This document shows, in pieces, positions 1-7,861 of a stretch of DNA of 38,450 nucleotides. The stretch lies in IMG/VR virus record IMGVR_UViG_2778261515_000019, positions 1 through 38,450 of that record; one strand, 5' to 3'. Origin of the DNA: a virus. Its lineage: Duplodnaviria; Heunggongvirae; Uroviricota; Caudoviricetes. Numbering within the stretch: position 1 is the stretch's first letter; each line of letters begins with the position of its first letter. A model generated the notes under the pieces. That model was not told the origin of the DNA and did not search any database. It saw only the letters and a program-made list of their open reading frames with translations. Position numbers and translations under genes: made by a program.

Positions 1-351
1 ATGCGAGAGACAGTCGAAATTATGCGTTATCCCGTCACTCTTACACCCGCGCCGGAAGGCGGTTATATGGTTTCTTTTGTGGATATCCCTGAAGCGTTGA
101 CGCAGGGCGAAACTGTCGCTGAAGCGATGGAAGCGGCAAAAGATGCTTTACTGACCGCATTTGATTTTTATTTTGAAGATAACGAGCTTATCCCTTTACC
201 TTCGCCATTAAATAGTCACGATCACTTTATTGAAGTACCTTTGAGCGTCGCCTCTAAGGTATTGCTGTTAAATGCTTTTTTACAGTCAGAAATCACTCAG
301 CAAGAGTTAGCCAGGCGAATTGGCAAACCTAAATGTTGTAAACCCCAATAA
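1..351 (+). CDS. hicB: HicB-family antitoxin, C-terminally truncated (ORF ends inside predicted HTH, ...ITQQELARRIGKPK then 5 unrelated codons)
   Basis: N-terminal HicB/UPF0150-type sequence MRYPVTLTPAPEGGYMVSFVDIPEALTQGETVAEAMEAAKDAL; HTH-like ITQQELARRIG begins but the ORF stops 8 codons later; sequence character changes after ~337. Confidence 0.6.
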   Translation: MRETVEIMRYPVTLTPAPEGGYMVSFVDIPEALTQGETVAEAMEAAKDALLTAFDFYFEDNELIPLPSPLNSHDHFIEVPLSVASKVLLLNAFLQSEITQQELARRIGKPKCCKPQ

Positions 352-370
352 CTAAAATTTTTCCAATAAA

Positions 371-395
371 AAAGCCCCATCACAAGGACAGGGCT
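371..395 (-). terminator. Weak stem-loop plus T-tract (minus-strand sense) downstream of the 402..740 reading frame
   Basis: AGCCC...GGGCT stem with A-run on plus strand (T-run on minus strand). Confidence 0.3.
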
Positions 396-401
396 TAGAA
401 A

Positions 402-740
402 TCAATTACTTACGATGATACTTTCGCTTATCATTTTGTTGGTGATGATCTCCGGCAATGCTTCAAATGGTAGTGTTTCAGTGTAACCGTCTCGCATATC
501 ATCCCGACTAACAACACCACATTCATACTTAGTCTTTATGAGCTTCTCTAGCTTAGATGCATATTCCCCTTTACTGAATCGGAAAGACTTGACAAATGAT
601 TTAGGTTCTGGATCGGGGTCAGATAAAGCGAGTTTTCGGCACCCCGGTATTTGATACGCGTGTGAGATTTTAAAACGTGATCAGTGCAGTCCTAGCGCGG
701 TCGCTACGCGACTATTAACCCACTTCCCAGCCCTTACCAT
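402..740 (-). pseudogene. 112-codon reading frame interrupted by one in-frame TGA (codon 20); possible gene remnant or readthrough ORF
   Basis: ATG at 740..738, in-frame TGA at 683..681, frame stays open to TGA at 404..402; purine-rich stretch upstream of ATG; no similarity recognised. Confidence 0.25.
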
Positions 741-836
741 TACTGGATCTTTCCCTTCGTTAAAACGCGTTTTAGGCGCTTAGATTTTGCGTAAAACCAA
801 TAAATAAAATTACGCAAATTTAATGGAGGATAACCA

Positions 837-1394
837 ATGAAAGAAGAATTAACCCTTACAGAAATTTCCCGTTTATATGGCTATTCATTGAATGGTGGCG
901 GTAAGCGATGGTTAGAAAGGGGACTACCTTATAACACAAATACAAGACGTGTTCCGGTCAAGGAAGGTTGCGATTGGGTGCTAAAGAACATCATTAACCC
1001 GCTTAAACAAACTTCCATCAAAGAACAAATCGACGTAGAGAAATTACGCCGTGAGAGAGCATTAGCGGACGCAGCCGAACGAGAGAACCAGGAAGCAATG
1101 AATCTCCTGATTCCCGTCGGGTATGTGGAGCAGGAGCTAGCGGAATACTGCGGGAAAGTGAAGCAGACTATTTTGCAGATCGCCACAATCGACGCTTTAG
1201 AAATTCTTGAATCTGCCACTGACCAGAAAACATTAAAGAATAAGCTAAGGGAGATTATCGAGCGTCGTTTAAATGAAGTAGGGGACTTGTTCGAAAATGC
1301 AGATTTGGGAGAAGACGAGGAAGAAGAATTACCATTAATGGATGAACCGGAAGAACAAGAACCAGAAGAAGACGATGAATTTGATGTGTCTTAA
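837..1394 (+). CDS. Terminase small subunit-like DNA-binding protein (Nu1-type N-terminal HTH, acidic C-terminus)
   Basis: Strong RBS GGAGG; N-terminal HTH LTEISRLYGYS...WLERGLPY, GGGK and EKLRRE motifs reminiscent of lambda Nu1; Glu/Asp-rich tail. Confidence 0.45.
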   Translation: MKEELTLTEISRLYGYSLNGGGKRWLERGLPYNTNTRRVPVKEGCDWVLKNIINPLKQTSIKEQIDVEKLRRERALADAAERENQEAMNLLIPVGYVEQELAEYCGKVKQTILQIATIDALEILESATDQKTLKNKLREIIERRLNEVGDLFENADLGEDEEEELPLMDEPEEQEPEEDDEFDVS

Positions 1395-1490
1395 AAATTA
1401 GATACTAAATACATATGTGAAGGGTGTTGAACGGGTCAACGCCTACGGGGGAGAACATCCCCCGCTTAACTTTTAAGAGGATATAAAACT

Positions 1491-1775
1491 ATGGCTACTT
1501 TTATTACCTATGCTGTCATCATTACTATTCTGGCTGCTATCTCTGCTTATAAACTCGGAACCGAACCGAAAGAACGAGGCGAATTATTCTTAGGTGCGTT
1601 TGTTGCATTTGCTAGCCTTGCGTTAATTGTCGAAGGAATTTCTTATATTGTTGGCCTAGTTAGTATGACACTTTTTAACTTCCATCCAACTATTGCTATG
1701 CATTTGATGCTGACCGTACTTTGGGTATATTGCTTAATCGAATTTTTAACGTTTGTTTTCAAACAGACTAAATAA
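1491..1775 (+). CDS. Small integral membrane protein (about 3 predicted TM helices)
   Basis: RBS AAGAGG; hydrophobic segments ITYAVIITILAAISAY, LFLGAFVAFASLALIVEGI, LMLTVLWVYCLIEFLTFVF. Confidence 0.55.
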   Translation: MATFITYAVIITILAAISAYKLGTEPKERGELFLGAFVAFASLALIVEGISYIVGLVSMTLFNFHPTIAMHLMLTVLWVYCLIEFLTFVFKQTK

Positions 1776-1933
1776 TATTGTAATCTGCCTTTTCTCCTTA
1801 TGTGGTTTTAACAGGGAATTTTCGAAAGAGAGTTCCCGATTAAAAGCCATAAAACACATTCAGTACAGTGTTTTCATAGTCAGTGACTATACAACATAAA
1901 AACATAACAAGTATAGATTGAGTATTAATCCTC

Positions 1934-1959
1934 CCGCCCCGAAGGGGGCGGTTATTTTT
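1934..1959 (+). terminator. Rho-independent terminator
   Basis: CCGCCCC-GAAG-GGGGCGG stem-loop followed by TTATTTTT. Confidence 0.55.
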
Positions 1960-2036
1960 CTGGCTTTAAAGAATAATGTAGCATTATGTTCATTATAACC
2001 TCATCTTTGTTGTGCAAACCTAACCTAAACTTACTA

Positions 2037-2064
2037 GGGACTCTTCGGAGTCCCTTTTTTTTTT
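2037..2064. terminator. Terminator hairpin with UUCG-type tetraloop, abutting stop of minus-strand gene 2071..3072
   Basis: GGGACTC-TTCG-GAGTCCC followed by T10. Confidence 0.55.
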
Positions 2065-2070
2065 ATTGTC

Positions 2071-3072
2071 TTAAGCAACCAAACGAAGGGTAGGTCTTGC
2101 TTTCTTAATTTCATGTTTAATTTCTGGCTTAGTAAGTTTGCACAGTTCATCAATCGGCTGTAAGGTTGCTGGCGATCTACGTTGCGCGTACTTCTTATCT
2201 AAGCTAGCCCACAGATCCCGCGCTTCTTCTACTTCAACCAAAAGAATATTAGCTTGATGATAGAACTTAACCGCATCTTCCCACGTTTTAGCATTCTTGA
2301 TCTTAGTCTTCATGCTGTTAAATCGGCCTAGAAGCTGTTTTGCTTGTGCCTCTGCTTCTTTACGTGGGCGATCCCGTTCTTCCTGCTCTGCTTTCTCTTT
2401 GGCCTTAATCGCTTCCAGATTGGCTTTATATGCACAAACTTGATGGTCGTGGTCTTCAATACATGCTGGAACTTTAGGTTTTGTCACATAGAATTGAAAC
2501 ACAGTTTTTCCTAAATTGCCTTCCACATCGATAGGGAAGGTGTAGGATTTCATGTCGCTAAGTTCAACGCTGTTATCGTCGGTAGACACCAAAGCCAGAT
2601 TATAACGGCAATAGCTATTTTCTTTAATGCGGATCGTATAAACGTTTGATGTTTTCGGCGTACACTGAACAACATTACCAAAAGCGAAGACAGTAGCGAC
2701 ACCACCACGGCTAATCACAACCATAGCAACGCCTTTCTTCTCTTCATCGTAAAACCCACTAAGTTCATAACCAACCACAGAATAAACCAGACGATCACCA
2801 GTTTTATTGATGAAGCTGTTAATCATAGTATGTTCTTCTACCGTCAGCTTGATACCGTGTTTCATGATTTCTTTAATGACATTCTCAGAATCTTTAGCGC
2901 GGGGATTCTGAATAGAAAACAATTCCTGATAATAATCACCGCCGTTAAGATTATCGGTGAATTTGAAGTTTGCGGTAACTCCACCGTCAAAGGTGGAGGT
3001 CAGACGAACGTTTACCAGTGATTCAGTTTCTTCTTTGTTGAGTTTTTTGTTGTCGATTGCGTAAATGTTCAT
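2071..3072 (-). CDS. Hypothetical protein, 333 aa, globular N-terminal region plus charged C-terminal coiled-coil-like region
   Basis: Long ORF, 27-bp gap to upstream gene on same strand; KE-rich helical segment KEKAEQEERDRPRKEAEAQAKQ; no family recognised. Confidence 0.6.
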   Translation of the reverse strand: MNIYAIDNKKLNKEETESLVNVRLTSTFDGGVTANFKFTDNLNGGDYYQELFSIQNPRAKDSENVIKEIMKHGIKLTVEEHTMINSFINKTGDRLVYSVVGYELSGFYDEEKKGVAMVVISRGGVATVFAFGNVVQCTPKTSNVYTIRIKENSYCRYNLALVSTDDNSVELSDMKSYTFPIDVEGNLGKTVFQFYVTKPKVPACIEDHDHQVCAYKANLEAIKAKEKAEQEERDRPRKEAEAQAKQLLGRFNSMKTKIKNAKTWEDAVKFYHQANILLVEVEEARDLWASLDKKYAQRRSPATLQPIDELCKLTKPEIKHEIKKARPTLRLVA

Positions 3073-3099
3073 AGTAGTATTCCTCTTTTAAATTAAAAA

Positions 3100-4101
3100 T
3101 TAAGCTGCAAAATCAAGTAATTCGCGGTCCATCTCATCCATAGCCGGAATGGTTGGAACATATGGTTTATATCCTTCTTCTACATCAAGAAGGTTGTTTA
3201 AGCTGGCATCAGAAATATCACAAGAAACCACGGTTAACGCTGGTTTGATAATCGGCTGATCAACAGTAACCGCCTCCGGTGCTTCTTTTTCTTCTTTCGC
3301 TTCTTCCTGGGTAGCTGCCGGAACTACTGCTACCTTAACTTCCGGCGCTTTAACTTCTTTTGCTTCCAGTTCTTCTACACGGATTTCAAGAACTTCAATT
3401 TCTTTTTTCAGACTAATGTTTTCTTCCATCAGCATAGCGAATTTGCGTTCCATCTCAGCAAGACGTTGCTCAAAAGCACGATGCGCATCAGACAGAATCT
3501 GAATATCACGCTGCTGTAATTCTTCTTCGTAGTTGGAAACGGTTTTTTCTTTAGTGGTTTCTTTCCATACTGCCTTATCAACAGCGTTAACATTCAGTTT
3601 AGCTTTGTTGGAAACGAAGAAAGAAATATTGAATTTCTCACCGTGAGCACAATCAGACCATGCACCAACAACACTAGAAGCCAGAGCAAAGTTTTTAACT
3701 TTACCATTAACGAAACGGCCTTTAGCATCGCGGCGGGAAGCGTGGATCATGTTACCCCAGAGGCTACCAGCTTCATCTTGCAGGATAGACACTACATAGG
3801 ATTCGTCGCCGTTCTTGTAAGCGATAGCATATACTTCGCGCTGGTCTGGTTTAACCATTGCTTTCAAAGTAGCTTTCTTACGCTCTAAACCACGGTATTC
3901 TTTTTTCCAGTCGGAACCAGCATGATAGAGAGTGGTGTACAGAGAATCGATAGATTCTTCTTTATAAATATTAGTGCCAATAGTTAATTCGTCGGCTTCG
4001 TTGCTGCCATAGTTACGAATTTCGATATCTGCATCGTACTGATATTTTGCGGTGTCTGCGGTGTTGCTGTAAACGGTAATAGAGAAGTTATTTTGTTTCA
4101 T
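3100..4101 (-). CDS. Hypothetical protein, 333 aa, N-terminal globular domain, central coiled coil, acidic C-terminus
   Basis: RBS AGGAA upstream of ATG; heptad-like LAEMERKFAMLMEENISLKKEIEVLEIRVEELEAKE; same length as neighbour; no family recognised. Confidence 0.6.
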   Translation of the reverse strand: MKQNNFSITVYSNTADTAKYQYDADIEIRNYGSNEADELTIGTNIYKEESIDSLYTTLYHAGSDWKKEYRGLERKKATLKAMVKPDQREVYAIAYKNGDESYVVSILQDEAGSLWGNMIHASRRDAKGRFVNGKVKNFALASSVVGAWSDCAHGEKFNISFFVSNKAKLNVNAVDKAVWKETTKEKTVSNYEEELQQRDIQILSDAHRAFEQRLAEMERKFAMLMEENISLKKEIEVLEIRVEELEAKEVKAPEVKVAVVPAATQEEAKEEKEAPEAVTVDQPIIKPALTVVSCDISDASLNNLLDVEEGYKPYVPTIPAMDEMDRELLDFAA

Positions 4102-4202
4102 TGTAGTAATTCCTTATGTTAAGTAGAAGCCTCCTTGTTGCCGCAAGGGGGCTTTTTTATTGGTTAAAAGTTTCATAATGTAATTCTCAGTCAAAGTTGA
4201 TC

Positions 4203-4385
4203 TCACCAAACGGTAGCTTCAATCTTCACCTTGATTTCATATTTCTTTAAGAGTTTGTGGAAGGTTGATTTATCGATGCCTTCATTTTTAAACCACTCTT
4301 CAATCCTCACTCCCGGCGTTAGTTCAAAGTAGCGTTTTGCTTTTTCCAACATAATCTCGCGAGTAAATTTAACAGTTCTAGCCAT
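4203..4385 (-). CDS. Small HTH DNA-binding protein (60 aa from ATG at 4385; ORF track extends to 4421)
   Basis: RBS GAGGA 8 nt before ATG at 4385; HTH-like GIDKSTFHKLLKKYEI; first gene of minus-strand operon. Confidence 0.5.
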   Translation of the reverse strand: MARTVKFTREIMLEKAKRYFELTPGVRIEEWFKNEGIDKSTFHKLLKKYEIKVKIEATVW

Positions 4386-4484
4386 GTTACATCCTCTACA
4401 TTGTGGATTATTTTTTCTCATAAAAAGAGCTTTTCGCCCTTGATACTTCTATTTATAAAATGATTTTCAGAAAACCCTGTAAAA

Positions 4485-4506
4485 CCACTGTATATTCGAT
4501 CAGTGG
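4485..4506. promoter_or_regulatory. SOS-box-like palindrome (CTG-N10-CAG core) next to a promoter-like element for the minus-strand operon
   Basis: CCACTGTATATTCGATCAGTGG; left half ACTGTATAT matches the LexA consensus half-site as I recall it. Confidence 0.35.
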
Positions 4507-4569
4507 GAGCACGAATTGCTAAAGAGAAGATTAATAATTAATCAATTCGTGCAGTATTCAACCGAAAAA

Positions 4570-4591
4570 GCACTGTATATCTAACCAGTGC
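4570..4591. promoter_or_regulatory. Second SOS-box-like palindrome
   Basis: GCACTGTATATCTAACCAGTGC, same CACTG-N10-CAGTG architecture as 4485..4506. Confidence 0.3.
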
Positions 4592-4742
4592 CGTATTAAT
4601 TAACAGTGAATAAGGAGATTTTCAGAAGTGAACAATCATTTCTCACTTGTATTTAGTAGAGAGAAAATCTTGCTTATCATCTATATGGGGACTGTTTTGA
4701 AAATTTCAACCCCTACCAGTGAGAAAAAGTATAAAATAATCC

Positions 4743-4756
4743 TTGACAGTTGTCAA
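4743..4756. promoter_or_regulatory. Perfect 14-bp palindrome overlapping a -35-like hexamer
   Basis: TTGACAGTTGTCAA. Confidence 0.3.
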
Positions 4757-4957
4757 CACTCATGACCTAAGCGAGAAAAGGCTATCAAATTTTTTGTGCG
4801 AAAATGGCAAATAATGATTATCAACCTTTATAACCTATTATGGCACGGGGACCTTTTGACAATTTCTTTTAAATCATTAAGTTACAGCGATTTTTGATGA
4901 TTTTTTGGTTAAATAATATACAAGAATTTTCTATCAAAATATTTGAATGAATTTAAA

Positions 4958-5232
4958 GGTTTCCCCGCGATATCCCCACTTTAGAAGATGTATCCCCGTC
5001 ACCGTCCCCGCGTAAAATCCCCGTTTTGGAAGCAAAATCCCCCGGATTAGGGTAGTTTCCCCGCGATATCCCCGCGTAAAATCCCCGGTATTAGATGCGT
5101 ATTTTTATGTAAGTATATGATTTTAAATGCTTTCCCCGTGGTGTCCCCGTATCATCCCCACGTTATCCCCGACCTGTCCCCGTGGTATCCCTTCCCCGTC
5201 CCTTTCCCGTCCCCGTTTCAAAGTGGGGAAAC
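4958..5232. repeat. Iteron-like array of about 17 TCCCC(G) motifs, many spaced 10 to 11 bp
   Basis: Repeated units TTCCCCGCGATATCCCC and CCCCGCGTAAAATCCCC each occur twice; run TTTCCCCGTGGTGTCCCCGTATCATCCCCACGTTATCCCCGACCTGTCCCCGTGG; array bounded by GGTTTCCCC ... GGGGAAACC. Confidence 0.65.
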
Positions 5233-5269
5233 CAGTAATGACAGGGCTTAGAAGCGATCCAGACCTACA

Positions 5270-5310
5270 GACCAATATACCTACATACCATCAAACCAAT
5301 ATACCTACAA
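5270..5310. repeat. Direct repeat of 15 bp (ACCAATATACCTACA, two copies 11 bp apart)
   Basis: Exact duplication read directly. Confidence 0.45.
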
Positions 5311-5658
5311 AGATATTATGCGCCCTGCGGGGCGCGAGTAATCTGCTTCGAATCATTCAAGAAGGGATTTGTAATAGTGGTTACTAGATGATTCTAGATC
5401 ACTTTAATGATCATGAAAGGTATTGGTATCCCTTCGGGATTGCAACCTTCGGTTGCCAAATTGCTTCCTGATTATTATTTCTCCAAAAGAAAGATTCTTA
5501 TATTCTAAAGATACTTCTTCGTTTTGATGATGATTTAATCAAAATCTATGAAGGAGGCGAAGCCGACTGAATACCAATTCCTTTCAAATTAGACAAAAAT
5601 TTCTCGTTATAAATAATAGTGAACTTACTTTGATTCACTTTTTTAGAGGATTTCCACT

Positions 5659-6108
5659 ATGATCAATACTAAAACTCCTTTCATTCTTCTGGGTCTGAAC
5701 CATGATGATAATCTGGCTATGATGCATGTTTTCGCTAATCGTGGTTATAACATCATTCGTCATTCCGAAGACTCCAATTTCTCAACTGCTTTCTATGCTC
5801 TTAAACGTAATGGTCGCCCTACGGTGATCGTAGACTGCTTTACTGATGAAGGTCGTGAACAATACAACAACATTCCGGCAATTATTGTTCGTGATGACCT
5901 GCCGTTTGATGTTCGTGAATATGACGTTGATTTAGGCTCTTACTATGGGATCGCCGATCTTGACCAGATTATGGCTGATTATGGTAAACAACCCGCTAAG
6001 GAAGCCCAAGAACACGATGAAGACGACGAAGATGATGATTACACACCAATCGCGTTTTCTTCTCACAATAGCTTCTACGGCTACGATGAAGGCTTAGAAA
6101 TGCTGTAA
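5659..6108 (+). CDS. Hypothetical protein with strongly acidic C-terminal tract
   Basis: RBS GAGGA; 149 aa; EAQEHDEDDEDDDYTP acidic run. Confidence 0.55.
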   Translation: MINTKTPFILLGLNHDDNLAMMHVFANRGYNIIRHSEDSNFSTAFYALKRNGRPTVIVDCFTDEGREQYNNIPAIIVRDDLPFDVREYDVDLGSYYGIADLDQIMADYGKQPAKEAQEHDEDDEDDDYTPIAFSSHNSFYGYDEGLEML

Positions 6109-6130
6109 GTTAGGTCAACCCTTTGGCGTC

Positions 6131-6151
6131 TTGTCAAGGGGGTATTGACAA
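6131..6151. promoter_or_regulatory. Inverted repeat TTGTCAA-N7-TTGACAA upstream of gene 6230..6562, followed by further TTGACA-like hexamers
   Basis: TTGTCAAGGGGGTATTGACAA; additional TTGACAA at 6182. Confidence 0.3.
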
Positions 6152-6229
6152 AATTTTCTGGTTTTTTTATGATTATTGCACTTGACAATTTTGAACCTAT
6201 TTGACCTAGATTTGTAAAGAGGATGTAAC

Positions 6230-6562
6230 ATGAAAGAATTTACCATCACTAAATCCCTGTATGACTGGACTGTTAAAATCTCCAGCAAAACCGTTTCTGT
6301 AAGCCCTAGCCATGTAGAAAATGATTGGGGCGTATCCCGTGAAACTATCTCCCGTAGTATGCATGTTCCGTTTGATCTGATGTCCTTAACTGGTATTCAT
6401 GCAATGCTGGAAGTTCGCGAACAATTCGAAGCTGGTAATCACAATGCGACTCCAGTTAGCAATCACCTTCTTACTAATGAAGAACGTGAAATCATCGAAA
6501 ACTGGCGTTATGAATATGCGATTCCTTACTACGAAGAAGATCAGGTAGAAATCGATTGGTAA
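6230..6562 (+). CDS. Hypothetical protein, 110 aa
   Basis: RBS AGAGGA; clean ORF ending TAA; no family recognised. Confidence 0.55.
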   Translation: MKEFTITKSLYDWTVKISSKTVSVSPSHVENDWGVSRETISRSMHVPFDLMSLTGIHAMLEVREQFEAGNHNATPVSNHLLTNEEREIIENWRYEYAIPYYEEDQVEIDW

Positions 6563-6666
6563 TAAATTTCTATCATAAATAAAATTGTTCCGCGCGCCGT
6601 TGGCGTGTGGACAGTTAAAAACAGGAGGATTAAATCGCAAAACCGTTAATTAAGGGGAATCTTACT

Positions 6667-7518
6667 ATGAATACTGTTAAAACTATGAATACTGCACCGA
6701 CTTTCTTTGCTTCTCCGGTAGCTGCAAACGAAGATTATTCCGATGTTCGAATGACTTTGCGTGAAATTTCGGAATTTATTGGGGTACGTTTTGATAATAT
6801 CGAACGTAGTTTACATCGCCTTGTTAATCAAGGTGTTGTGAAACTCCCTCCAATGGAGGAAGTTAAAAACCACAGAAACCAGACAGTTAAAGATTATGTT
6901 TTTTCCGGTAAGCAAGGGCGATTGGATTCCATTGTTCTTATTGCTCAAAACGTACCTGAAATGACTCGTAAATTAGTAGAGCGTTGGGATTATCTCGAAA
7001 ATGAACTTTTAAAGAAAGAAGAAGAGAATAAAAGCCCGTTCCCAGATGCAAGCAAGATGACTAAGCTCGATTGGATGCGCGAAGCGGTTAAACTTGAAGA
7101 AGAAAAAGAACAACTGATTCAAGAAAAACAACAATTGGTTGATCTTCATATCCGTAAAGCCATCGACGCGCACAGTCTAACCCGCTTATTAGGCGAAAAA
7201 CGAGGCTCTACAAAGGTACAAATGATTCTGAAAGGGTTATGTACTGCTGGTGTTCTTGAGCGTCGTCTGGATGCTTCTGGTAAGCCTAACGGCTATGATC
7301 TGCTGCCTCCTGGCTATATGTTCGCTCGTATGTCGGCACACGGTCAGATCGAGTTCACTGCTGATGCTATTCCGCATCTCGTAAAACTCGGATTGCTTGA
7401 AGAAGAAAAGTCCGCAACTTTGAAATTGCCACAGCCGAATAACTCACGAGCAATCGTCAATAATACTGCTTTGCTGATTCGTCAGAATGCTGGATCACTG
7501 GAACACTTCGGACTGTGA
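6667..7518 (+). CDS. Phage regulatory protein (Rha/antirepressor-like N-terminal domain) with coiled-coil middle region
   Basis: RBS AAGGGGA; N-terminal MTLREISEFIGVRFDNIERSLHRLV resembles Rha-type winged-helix domain; ends with tandem stops TGATAA. Confidence 0.45.
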   Translation: MNTVKTMNTAPTFFASPVAANEDYSDVRMTLREISEFIGVRFDNIERSLHRLVNQGVVKLPPMEEVKNHRNQTVKDYVFSGKQGRLDSIVLIAQNVPEMTRKLVERWDYLENELLKKEEENKSPFPDASKMTKLDWMREAVKLEEEKEQLIQEKQQLVDLHIRKAIDAHSLTRLLGEKRGSTKVQMILKGLCTAGVLERRLDASGKPNGYDLLPPGYMFARMSAHGQIEFTADAIPHLVKLGLLEEEKSATLKLPQPNNSRAIVNNTALLIRQNAGSLEHFGL

Positions 7519-7526
7519 TAATTTTT

Positions 7527-7556
7527 GCCCCTGAATTTCAGGGGCTTTTTTGTTTT
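7527..7556 (+). terminator. Rho-independent terminator after the plus-strand early genes
   Basis: GCCCCTG-AATTT-CAGGGGC followed by TTTTTTGTTTT. Confidence 0.65.
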
Positions 7557-7563
7557 CTATAGG

Positions 7564-7596
7564 TATAAAAAAAGGCCAACCCCGAAGGATTGGCCT
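7564..7596 (-). terminator. Terminator for minus-strand gene 7603..7833
   Basis: AGGCCAA-CCCCGAAGGA-TTGGCCT with A-run on plus side (U-run in minus sense). Confidence 0.5.
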
Positions 7597-7602
7597 AGAG
7601 AA

Positions 7603-7833
7603 TCAAATTCCGGTAGCTTCTACCATTTCACCGTCAACCTGAACAAAGAATTTCAAATCAACTTTATGGAGTGATTTGTAGAATTGAGCAATTGAAATAC
7701 CGTGTTCACTCAATACTTGCTCTTTTTCAGCTTTACCTTTCGGTGCTTGATAGTACGCTTTTACAATCGCTGCCAGTTGTTCACGATCAAAACGGCAAGG
7801 ACGTCCGCGAGTAGCTTTAGTAGTCATAGTCAT
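7603..7833 (-). CDS. Small DNA-binding protein (AT-hook-like RGRP plus HTH)
   Basis: TRGRPCRF motif and HTH-like GISIAQFYKSLHK; RBS GGAGAAATGA context. Confidence 0.5.
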   Translation of the reverse strand: MTMTTKATRGRPCRFDREQLAAIVKAYYQAPKGKAEKEQVLSEHGISIAQFYKSLHKVDLKFFVQVDGEMVEATGI

Positions 7834-7861
7834 TTCTCCAAATTAAAGTGAATGTTCACCT

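Noticed and set aside
929-1219. 96-aa minus-strand ORF
   Set aside because: Lies entirely antisense within the terS-like gene; no RBS; shadow ORF
2830-3021. 63-aa plus-strand ORF
   Set aside because: Antisense inside gene 2071..3072; shadow ORF
3643-3888. 81-aa plus-strand ORF
   Set aside because: Antisense inside gene 3100..4101; shadow ORF
5340-5360. tRNA-like T-loop motif TTCGAATC
   Set aside because: No complementary T-stem or acceptor/anticodon arms around it; no tRNA gene could be folded anywhere in the window
5127-5387. 86-aa plus-strand ORF rich in Pro/Ser/Arg
   Set aside because: Artifact of translating the C-rich iteron array; no RBS; low-complexity product
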